Made by a program: the position numbers and the translations under genes. The notes under the pieces were generated by a model. The model had not been told where the DNA came from. It saw only the letters and a program-made list of their open reading frames with translations, and did no database searches. This document shows positions 49,495 to 60,105 of a stretch of DNA of 64,000 nt, one piece after another. The stretch lies in NCBI RefSeq assembly GCF_006345805.1, contig NC_042997.1, positions 31,992,001-32,056,000 of the forward strand, written 5' to 3'. Numbering within the stretch: position 1 is the stretch's first letter; each line of letters begins with the position of its first letter. The DNA is from Octopus sinensis. Lineage: Eukaryota.

Positions 49495-50574
49495 TATATT
49501 GTCTAATGTGTCCTTTCTTTATTTAAAATAGTATGGTATGATATGTGGGGAATTTGACTCCTATTTCTAGCAAGCCAAATGACCACGAAGAGGCTGCTTC
49601 TTTGACTTATACTTATAATTAGAGATTTTAAAAGCATGTGCATGTGTTAGGGTGCATGTATTTCCATTTTCTTGCATGTGCATGCATATAAATGCATGTG
49701 TTGCAGCTGTGATTGTGGTTGTTACAGTCAAATATGCCTAAATATGTATGTGTGTGATTTGCTGTTATTGTTGTTGTTGTTTTTGTAAGGTTGCAAGCTG
49801 GCAGAATTGTTAGCACACTGGACAAAGTGCTTAGTGGCATTTCACCCATCTTTACATTCTGAGTTCAAATTCCACCATGGTCAACTTTGCCTTTCATCAT
49901 TTCAAACTCAATGAAATAAGTACCAACTGAACATAGGGGCTGATGTAATTGACTAACCCCTTCCCTCATAAATTTCAGGCTTTGTACCTATTGTAGAAAG
50001 GATTGTTGTTGTTTTTGTTGCTTGTTTAGTCCCAGATCAACCCTGATTGAAAAGACCAATCAATGATGGTAATGTTGAGATATTTGTTTCAGGGCATTGT
50101 TATATTTGTAGTTGTTGTTTTTATTGTTGTTTAGTTCTTGAGACAGTATTGATAGAGCAGAACTATAATCAAAGACCCTCCAGCCATGACTATCCCAGTC
50201 TTTTTTAGTCATTTGTATGATAGTATACATATAGAACTACATTATCCAGTTCTCATCATCTGGTGTTCACTCAGCAAATTGTGTACAGATGTGGCTGTGT
50301 GGTTAAGAAGTTTGCTTCACAGCCACAAGGTCGTGGGTTCAATCCCAATACAAAGCATCATAGGGCTGTGTTCACAGATTCTCCAACATGAATACTCCCA
50401 GCTGAACAGGATAGCAGTCCATCACAGGAATACTCATTTTTGCCAGCTGAGTGGACTGGAGCAACATGAAATGAAGTGTTTTGCTCAAGAATACAATGCA
50501 TTGCTTGGTCCAAGAATTGAAGCCACAGTCTTACAATCATGTCCAGCAACCTAACCACTCAGCCATGCACCTCC

Positions 50575-50913
50575 ATATAGGATCTTGAGAAAATAATATC
50601 TTCATGTAAAAGACACCATTCGAGCATGATCATTACCAGCATCACCTTACTGGCACCTGTGCCGGTGGCATGTGTAAAAGATTCGAGCAAGGTCATTGCC
50701 AGTACTGCCTGACTGGCCCTGTGCTGGTGGCATGTAAAAGCACCCACTACACTCTCGGAGTGGTTGGTGTTAGGAAGGGCATCCAGCTGTAGAAATTCTG
50801 CCAGATCAAGATTGAAGCCTGGTGCAGCCATCTGGTTCGCCAGCCCTCAGTCATACATCCAACCCATGCTAGCTTGGAAAGTGGACGTTAAACGATGATG
50901 ATGATGATGATGA
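50575..50913 (+). mobile_element. RTE 3'-tail copy
   Basis: Tail core and (ATG)n. Confidence 0.82.
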
Positions 50914-52148
50914 TAACTTTGGTCAAGCCATATCTTGTGAGTAAAATTCAATGGATTCCTATTTAGAAATTAAATAGAAGCCCGTCAGGAGGAATGGAAC
51001 TGTGATTCAAAGGTACAGGCTGTCTGAGAATTGCTATGATTACATGTGACATGTAACTGTGGAATACTCGGCCACTTACGAGTTAATTCAGGAGCCAGTA
51101 ATTAAGTTGATCAATTAACTGAATCTTCATTATTGAATGACAGAGATCCACCACTACTGTTTGGGATTCAATCCTATTGTGTGGCACCTTGAGCAAATAT
51201 CTTCACTCACAGCTTCATGTTAAAGCTTTGAGAGTGAAATTTGGTCGATGGAATCCACGTCTAAATCCATCAGAGAAACCATCTTTGTTCTTATTCTTCT
51301 TAAATGGAAGGCTTGATCTTACTCCAGATTTAACTCCACCATCAAGCTTCTGGGTGCCTTTAGTAAACTCCATTCTGTTGAAAGTACTGTGGAAAGGTTT
51401 CCTCTCTTCTATCAGTTCTCAGAGGCAAGTCCTCCAAGAGAAATTTTGCAATGTTTAATGTGTCTGCTTTCAGGCCACACCAAGAAATTCACTGGCTCTT
51501 TCTTTGATCTATAAGCTCTTCCTAGGACAGAAGTACCAGCTGAATCCCACTTGTCATAAGCCTTGCTTCGAGGCTTTGAAAAGCCCCCCCCCCCTATTCT
51601 AAATGATATAAAAAAAACCCACAAAAATCACAGCAATAGGGGTTTTTCTCTCACTTATCCTGTCTCTTTCTGTCTCCCTCTGTCTTTCTCTTTCTCCTCT
51701 CTCGCAAACACACTCTCTTTTTCTCACACACTCCTTCTCTCCCTCCTCTCTTACCACTCAGATTATTTAACAAGGTATCTTTTCTTCATTTGATACTTCA
51801 ATGAAAGTTCACCCCAACTAATATGAATAGATTCTATAAATAATGAGGTTATTTTTTAGGGTATATTTTTCGCTTATTTATATAAATATGAAACTATACA
51901 TTTGTAAACAATTCAAGGGTGAAAAAATAACAATGAACCTATTGTTGAGAATAGTGTTATTTTCGTTGTTGTTATTGTTGTTGGGGGGCAGCATTGTTAG
52001 AAGTGGTTCCAGTATTTGTGGTGGTGGCATCAGCAGTGGTTGATGGTAGTGAGGAAGATAAGGTGAAAATAAGAAAGATAGAAGAAAGGAAAATGGAGAG
52101 AGAGGAAAAAAATAAGAGAGGAAGTGCATGTGCATTTAGAAGTATAGT

Positions 52149-52483
52149 GAAGGCCCATGGCGCAGTAGTTAGAGCGTCAAGCTTACGATCGTGAGGTTGT
52201 GAGTTCAAATCCCGGACTGGGCTGCGTGTTGTGTTCTTGAGCAAGACACTTTATTTCATGTTGCTCCAGTTCACTCAGCTGTAGAAATGAGTTGCAACGT
52301 CATTGGTGCCAAGCTGTATCGGTCTTTGCCTTTCCCTTGGATAATATCAGTGGCATGGAGAGGGGAGGCCGGTATGCATGAGCGAGTGCTGGTCTTCTAT
52401 AAACAACCTTGCCCGGACTTGTGCCTGGGAGGGTAACTTTCTAGGTGCAATCCCACGGTCAGTCATGACCAAAGGGGGTCTCA
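52149..52483 (+). mobile_element. tRNA-derived SINE (family E); related antisense copy at ~53630-53950
   Basis: A/B-box-like head and TTGAGCAAGACAC core; 3' end GTCATGACCAAAGGGGGTCT. Confidence 0.8.
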
Positions 52484-52736
52484 TACAGTTACAGCTATAT
52501 GAAACATTTCATTTAACAGCAATGTCATTCTTGGTTTAAACTTGTTATTTACCCTAAATACTCGAGTAATAGTCAATCTCATGTAAAAGTTGAACCCCCT
52601 CGTATTTCACGAACAACAGAACAACATTAGTGTAATGTAAAACATGCCAAGTAGGTACCAGCTATATGCATCGGATTACGGTAGGTAGTGGCATGCCAGT
52701 ACAGGGAAGATATGTTACCAGTGATAATATACCATA

Positions 52737-53008
52737 ATTCATCATCATCATCATCATCGTTTAGCATCTGCTTTCCATGCTAGTGTGGGTTGAACGGTTC
52801 AACTGGGGTCTGGGAAGCCAGAAGGCTGCACCAGGCCCAGTCTGATCTGGCAATGTTTCTACGGCTGGATGCCCTTCCTAACGCCAACCACTCCGTGAGT
52901 GTAGTGGGTGCTTTTTACGTGCCACGGGCACAGGTGCCAGACGAGTCTGGCAAATGGCCACGATCGGATGGTGCGTTTTACGTGCCACCGGCACGGGGGC
53001 CAGGCGAA
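52737..53008 (-). mobile_element. RTE 3'-tail copy
   Basis: (CAT)n and tail core. Confidence 0.88.
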
Positions 53009-53393
53009 ATTGATTTTACTCAGCTAATCTGTTAAGTTTGATGGATACAAATAAAAGAGAAAGTGTAAATATTTATAAGAGCAACACGGTCTTGTTTATG
53101 GGTTTTGTTATTTATTAGGACGTGTGTTTTGATTCATAGAATTAGCAATATTACTGTAATTCATTATGTTTTTGTTTTTATTCGCTTAGAGACCAGTTGG
53201 GCTTCTGCTGCTAATATGGTACTTCAGATTCTAGCATGAATTTCAGCCCCTCAAAAGTAACATCCATGCAATAGTCAACCCCATAAAATTGACCTTAAAA
53301 AATAGACTAAAAAATTCGACTTTTACACGAGTATATATGGTATCTTTTTATTTTATTATGCTTATTTTATTTATTTGATATTTTTTATTTCAG

Positions 53394-53492
53394 CAACATC
53401 CCAGTTCTTCCACCAAACTACTTGTTCAGAAGAAATTACAATCCAAGTGTTGTTGCTTCCAGACTGGTTCCACTAAAAAACTTTCTAAATGA
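53394..53492 (+). CDS. PX gene exon 4 (S-NIPVLPPNYLFRRNYNPSVVASRLVPLKNFLN+GA)
   Basis: ttttttatttcag acceptor and gtaagt donor; 99 nt, phase 2/2. PX proline-rich loop and helix 2. Confidence 0.92.
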   Translation, partial: QHPSSSTKLLVQKKLQSKCCCFQTGSTKKLSK

Positions 53493-54728
53493 GTAAGTTT
53501 AATGTATTTTTTTTCTCCTTTGCTCTATATTGTAAAACTTTTAAGACTATTGGCTAAATGCGTTATACATGTTTTATATCATTTAATGATTGAGAGTGTC
53601 ACATAGCTAGCATACTATTTTTATATAAAGGGTAAAGACCCCCTTCAGTCATGAATGACCATGGAATTGCACCTTTGTGGCACAAGCGCAGGCAAGGTTG
53701 CTTTATAGAAGACCAGCAGTCGCCCATGCATACCGGCTTCTCCTCTCCACGCCACCAATGTTATCCAAGGGAAAGGCAAAGGCCAATACAGTTTGGCATC
53801 AGTGATATAGCAACTCATTTCTATAGTTGAGTAATCTGGAGCACATGAAATGAAATGTTTTGCTCAAGAACACAACACACAGCCTGGCTTGGGAATTGAA
53901 CTCACTTCCTCATGATTGTGAGGCCAATTCTCTAACCACTGAGCCATGGACCATCACATTTTTATATAACTATCACATTATTGGTTTTAATGTTGTTATT
54001 TAGCCCCAAGTCAACCCTGATTAAGCAGATCCACAATCAAAGATGTTTCAGCACCCACTATTCTAGCTTTTGCATATCTAGGGCTATATAGTTACTTTTT
54101 TTTTTTTTTTGACAGTAGGCTTTGAATTGAAATAGCTTTGACTATAGATCAAGTAATCACACACAAGTTCCTTTGATGATTGTCATACTTTTTTCTCTCA
54201 TCACGTGCCATGCCCAGAGGCATCAGCAATCAAGGAGTTCCAAACCAAAGACTAAAACGTCATGGTTTTCCTTTGGAAAAATACAACAGTAGTTTCTCAT
54301 TGCTTTCTTCTTGTTTATTTACAATTTACTCCACAAGTTTCCTACTCACCTGAGAGTATTCTGGAAGCACAGGATCTATTGAACTCTTAGGCAGGGCAAC
54401 TGATTCACATGACCTAAGTCCATGTCTGCACACTAGTAGGTCTGTTTGGTACTTGTCTAGGTACCAGCTCTCCTCTGGATCCTGTATACCTTAGCTACAT
54501 GACCATCTTCTACTATTTGACCCATAATCAGGATGCTCTTGACTAGTACCCTGATCCGGGGCTGACCAAAATTTTTCCATTTTGTATAATTTATTGAATA
54601 GATTTTTGCTGCCACAGACTACAACTACCTATCTTTGAATTTATTGTTTTATTCTATTGTACTAACTAAAATCTATAAGTACCAAGTTCAAGTATTGATA
54701 GAAAGGAAGAAAGAAAAAACAGAATTAA

Positions 54729-54950
54729 CCCTTTCATTACCGTATTTATTTTGAGATGCTCTGTGTTTCTTTCTGTTATTTTATATATAACAAAGAATTT
54801 AGTAAAATAATTTAGATTATCATTAAGTTAGTGTTAGGAACATAAATTGTGACTAAAGTTTGGTGGAAGATTTTAATTCAAAACTAATGAAAACAAGACA
54901 TTTGTACTACAGAGCCAGAGCCGGTTTCAGCCGGGTTTGTAATGAAAGGG
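54729..54950. mobile_element. piggyBac-type MITE, family 2 (222 bp)
   Basis: TTAA TSD (54725-54728, 54951-54954) and 12-bp TIR CCCTTTCATTAC. Confidence 0.88.
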
Positions 54951-55023
54951 TTAAAAGTGTATTTGCCAAAATTGGCTTGAAAATACTTTGCAATTCAGTA
55001 GGACGTTCTTTATATCGTTACAG

Positions 55024-55182
55024 GTGTGTCAAAGACAAGAAAATAGTATCTGATGTGGCATTTCATTTGTTTGTCCAGTCCGATCTAACAATTCAAGATA
55101 TCACCAGACAACGAAGGGGTCAAACTCATCATTCATACCTACCATGTCTTTGGAATTGTGGAGGAAAAATCCATAAAGATGA
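55024..55182 (+). CDS. PX gene exon 5 (E-CVKDKKIVSDVAFHLFVQSDLTIQDITRQRRGQTHHSYLPCLWNCGGKIHKD+GA)
   Basis: cgttacag acceptor and gtgagt donor; 159 nt, phase 2/2. SD..FHLF.QS.L matches the SNX10/11 extended-PX helix. Confidence 0.9.
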
Positions 55183-55929
55183 GTGAGTAGGATTTTAGAT
55201 TCTTAAATAATGCTAATTAAAAGTTCAGACATGATTCTGTTACAGACTTCAGGTATACGAAATTTCAGTTCAATTTCCATCTTTATCCAGTTTTTTTTCT
55301 TTTTCTTTTTTTTTTAGCATGAAGTGTGGGATTGGGTAGTTGCTTGGGTAAATTAAAATGATGTGAAAATGGAATTTGAAATAAGTTACTAAAAAAAGTT
55401 ATAAAAGATGTCAAAACTAAAATTGATAATTGATCTCACATTAAGATGACTATTTCAATTTAATTCAAATTAAATTTTTTTGCAACTTTTTTTTTTTTTT
55501 TTTGCAAGGTGGGACATAAAATTTCTAATGAATGGACAAAATATGACTTTTCTAAAATAAACTGAGCAGAAAAAAAACTAAAACCAAAAGAAATTTTTAA
55601 AACCATAAATGGAATTTAGACTTATATTAAAATGTTTTAAAATCTGAATGTCAAATTTAAATTATTAATATTTACATGCTGAAATATTTCCTTATGTGTT
55701 TTGAACATAAAAACAAAAAATTAGTTGGTCTTTTATATCTTGATCCCTGATATAAAAACAGTTGATCACTACCACCATCACCATCATAACTATAACAACT
55801 TTCTTCTTTTCAGGTTATTAGTTTTAGATTTACCAAAATCAAAAGGAATAAGAAAATAAGTGGCAAAGTCAAATCTGAACATATTTAGCCTGCCTCATAA
55901 ATAATTCAAATTTGGAAAGAATGGTGATA

Positions 55930-56316
55930 TCTTTATGTATAATAGTCAAGTTGTGTGTCTGTCTCCTACGATTTAGATTCCTAACTACTCCCACATTTTG
56001 CGGTGCAGTTTAACCAAAACCGGGTATCTTATAGTCGTGATTCATATCGAGCCCTTCTGGGTATTAGTGTGAGTTTACGATGAGTCTACGATTTAAAAAA
56101 AAAATTACCATCATTTTTTTCCATTTTGATGCATTTTTTTCGCTATTATATAAGGGAAGTAACTCTCTAAAAATATCTACGATGAGTCAACGATTTAAAA
56201 AAAAATTTACCATAATTTTTTCCCGTTTTTAATGCATTTTTTTGCTATAACTCTCTAAAAATGCTTATATAGTTATTTCCCTTACAAACCCGAGCAACGC
56301 CGGGCGATACTGCTAG
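55930..56316 (+). mobile_element. Non-autonomous Helitron
   Basis: A^TC start, 3' hairpin CCCGAGCAACGCCGGG, then CTAG^T; no TSD. Confidence 0.8.
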
Positions 56317-56727
56317 TATTGTATACACACTTTATCACCAACTAATAACAGCTTAGGAAAATGAACTCTGAAATTTATATCTAAGTCTCTTTACATTGAT
56401 AAAGAAGGGGAGAACTTTTGGTGGAAATACCTCTAGTTCTAACCAGTTGCCCCTTACCTTTAGGACAGTTAACCTTATTCTGTTTTTTATTAATATAACA
56501 TAAGGGGTTTAAGAACAGTGGTCCTGATTGAATTCCAGGCAGAATGCCTTAGCCTATTCAATTATGACCCTTTATGCCTGAGTTTAGATCCCACATGGAT
56601 TAATTTTTCCTTTAATCCTTATGGGTCATTAAAATAAAATATCAGTAAAGAACAGGATTCAGTTTAATTGTTCCCATTCTCATAATTTGTGACCAAGTGC
56701 TAATATGAGAAATTATTATTATAATAA

Positions 56728-57765
56728 TGTGTACGAACAGCTATGCTACATGGCAGTGAAACATGGGCCGTGACTGCTGAGGACATGCGTAAGCTTGTGA
56801 GGAACGAAGCCAGTATGCTCCGATGGATGTGTAATGTCAGTGTACTTACTCGACAGAGCGTTAGTACCTTGAGAGAAATGTTGTACCTAAGAAGCATCAG
56901 TTGTTGTGTGCAAGAGAGACGATTGCGCTGGTATGGTCATGTGGCGAGAATGGATGAAGATAGGTGTGTGAGAAAGTGCCAATCCCTAGCAGTTGAGGGA
57001 ACCCGTGGAAGAGGTAGACCCAGGAAAACCTGGGACGAAGTGGTGAAGCACGACCTTCGGACGTTAGGTCTCACCATGGAAATGACTAGAGACCGAGACC
57101 TATGGAAGTATGCTGTGCGTGAGAAGACCCGGCAAGACTAGTGAAGCCATAATCCGTGGCCCCTACCTGGGACGTAGTCAGTCCACCTGTGCATACCTTC
57201 CTTCTTGTGACACTTGTGAAGACCTGTTGAGGCAAGTGAGAATCGAATCAAATCAAATCAAATCAAATCGAACCAAATCAAAATAGATGAACATCAATGG
57301 AATTTGTATCCTTGTGGTACCAGTGCCGGTGGCACATAAGAAAACCATCCGAACGTGATCGTAGCCAGTACCGCAACGACTGGCCTCCGTGCTGAGGGCA
57401 CATAACAAACACCATCCGAGCGTGGCCGTCCGCCAGCCCCGTCTGGCACCTGTGTCGGTGACACATAAGAAAACACCATCCAAGCGTGGCCGTCAGCCAG
57501 CCTCGTCTGGCACCTGTGTCGGTGGCACATAAAAAACACCATCCGAGCATGGCCGTCTGCCAGCCTCGTCTGGCACCTGTGTCGGTGGCACATAAAATCA
57601 CCCACTACACTCTCGGAGTGGTTGGCGTTAGGAAGGGCATCCAGCTGTAGAAACACTGCCAGATCTGACTGGCCTGGTGCAGCCTTCGGGCTTGCCAGAC
57701 CCCAGTTGAACCGTCCAACCCATGCTAGCATGGAAAGCGGACGTTAAACGATGATGATGATGATG
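56728..57765 (+). mobile_element. 5'-truncated RTE LINE: ORF C-terminus (to 57141) plus ~620-nt 3' UTR with a 62-bp minisatellite and (ATG)n tail
   Basis: HGSETW...RRLRWYGHVARM...GRGRPRKTW are RTE motifs. The ORF is contiguous with the tail found throughout the window. Confidence 0.92.
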
Positions 57766-58135
57766 AAGGGAAAGCAGCAAGCTAGCAGAATTGTTAGCAT
57801 GCCTGGCAAAATGCTAAGTGGCATTTCATCTGTCTCCATGTTCTGAGTTCAAATTCCACCAAGGTCCCCTTTGCCTTTCATCCTTTCACGGCCAATAAAA
57901 CATGCACCAGTTTAGCACTGGGGGTCAATGTAGTCAACTAACCCCCTCTCCCAAATTTTCAGGCCTTATGTCAAAATTTGGAATCATGTTTATAATCCAA
58001 GGGATCAGCATACACATAAATGTGTATATACCAGAGTAAACACATAATTGTGAAACAAGGTGGAAAAAACAGTACTCAAATACCGGAGGTAGAGTAATAT
58101 GCTTTATTAATAAAGCTGCAACGGCATCACAAAAG

Positions 58136-58173
58136 CTGTTACTGAGAGTTTCATGTTCCTGTTCATCGGACAA
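58136..58173 (-). ncRNA. Degenerate minimal hammerhead-like motif
   Basis: UUGU/ACAG stem I, CCGAUGA (U4 to C), weak stem II, GAAA, ACU-CUC-AGU stem III, triplet GUA. Confidence 0.3.
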
Positions 58174-58326
58174 TTTTGGATGATTCTCAACTGAAACTGT
58201 CCAACAAATGGGAACTTCAAACACTGAGTAACAGTTTTTGTGATTTTTTTGCAGTTTTATTAATAAATGTATATATACATATATAAATATATAAAATATA
58301 TAAAAATATATAAAAATATAACTATA

Positions 58327-58505
58327 TAAAAAGCACCCACTACACTCACGGAGTGGTTGGCGTTAGGAAGGGCATCCAGCCGTAGAAACACTGCCAGATC
58401 TGACTGGGCCTGATGAAGCCTTCTGGCTTCACAGACCCCAGTTGAACCGTCCAACCCATGCTAGCATGGAAAGCGGACGCTAAACGATGATGATTATGAT
58501 GATGA
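58327..58505 (+). mobile_element. RTE 3'-tail copy
   Basis: Tail core and (ATG)n. Confidence 0.88.
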
Positions 58506-58825
58506 TAAAATAACGAGCTACACCTCATTTCTTACAGCCCTATTCCACCTAACCAAGTAGAATATGATGCCATATAAGGTAAGATATCCATAGAAAAAAA
58601 GACAATCAATTTTATTTCTTGATAAAATAAATAAATGAAAATAAATAAAATTTACAGCTCAGCCATTGTTAACTTCGCATGGAAGCTAACAAAGTCTGAC
58701 AGGCTAAATGATAAACTGTATACTGGTCCAGCTTATTCAGTAGTGAATACCAATACAGGTATACAGCTGAGAATTAGGACCAAAAGATATACCAAAGAGA
58801 AGAAAAGGAAGAGGTGATGATATTG

Positions 58826-59058
58826 GTGGTGAGCTGGCAGAAACGTTAGCATGCCAGGCGAAATGCTTTGTGGTATTTCGTCTGCCGTTACGTTGTGAGT
58901 TCAAATTCCGCCGAGGTCGACTTTGCCTTTCATCCTTTCGGGGTCGATAAATTAAGCACCAGTTACGCACTGGGGTCGATGTAATCGACTTAATACCTAT
59001 GTCTGTCCTTGTTTGTCCCCTCTGTGTTTAGCCCCTTGTGGGTAATAAAGAAATAGGT
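58826..59058 (+). mobile_element. Family-B SINE
   Basis: Matches 17130-17360. Confidence 0.88.
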
Positions 59059-60035
59059 AATGGTGGTGATGATGGTGATGATGAGTATGAATTTGTTTAA
59101 TTGGGTATAACACTCCAGCAATTCCTTTGGAAGAGAACTTGATAAAAATACTGCGACTAAGCTCTGTTTTGAAGCAAATATCTTTCTGATATCTCTAGAA
59201 CATTTTTCTTTATTGTATTATTTGATTTTCATTAAATTTTAAAACTCTTATCGTTATCATCATAATTCATACCACCACTATCGTCGCCACCATCACCATG
59301 ATCACCACCCACTGCAGGTCAATCCATTCTCCTTCACGTGCCTATCCACATACTCTCCATGCCCTACCGTACCCACCACCGAACCACTCCAATTTCCCTC
59401 ACCATCACTTGCTACAGTCACCTCTTCCCCATCTTTAAACATCTCCCTTCTATCCACTCTGTACTATTTATATTCCCCCTACTGTTCCTGAATGCCCTCG
59501 ATGCATCTTCAACACCATCTATTTCTCTCTCCCTCTCTCTTTCTCTCCTTCCTCTCTTTTCTTTTCCTTCTGGGGTAGCCAAGAATCTTCTTCATCTATA
59601 TCCCTCTATTATGTTCTAACCTCTCACCTAGCATAATGCCACTTCCCGTCAGTCTACTCTCTCTACCAGCTGAAGGTCTTCTTTTTGCAAGTTACTAGGT
59701 GACCCCACTGGTGTTGGTGCCACACAAAAAGAACCAGTGCTAAAGCCAAATAACAAGCACCCAGTATATTTTGTAAAGTGGTTGGCATTGGAAAGAGTAT
59801 CCAGCTATAGAAACTATGCCAAAGAAGACAATGGAGCCTGGTACAGCCCTCCAACCTGCCAGTTCCTGTCAAATCAACCAACCCATACCAACAATATATG
59901 CTGGCATGGACTGGGCAAGCCATCTTAGTCAAAGTCAGTTCTTATTTGGTATCACTGCTGTCTTGCTCATACATTTCATGTTGTATTATTTATTTACTTA
60001 TTAAGTATTTATTTATTTTATATATTTATTTTCAG

Positions 60036-60105
60036 TGATGATTTTGACTATGCTGCATTTAAAAGGGAATTGAGTAGAACCCTAATGAATGAAGATTCTG
60101 ATTGA
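60036..60105 (+). CDS. PX gene terminal exon (D-DDFDYAAFKRELSRTLMNEDSD*)
   Basis: tttattttcag acceptor, correct phase 2, TGA at 60103-60105, AATAAA at 60445. The joined CDS is 582 nt (193 aa) with no internal stop. Confidence 0.78.
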
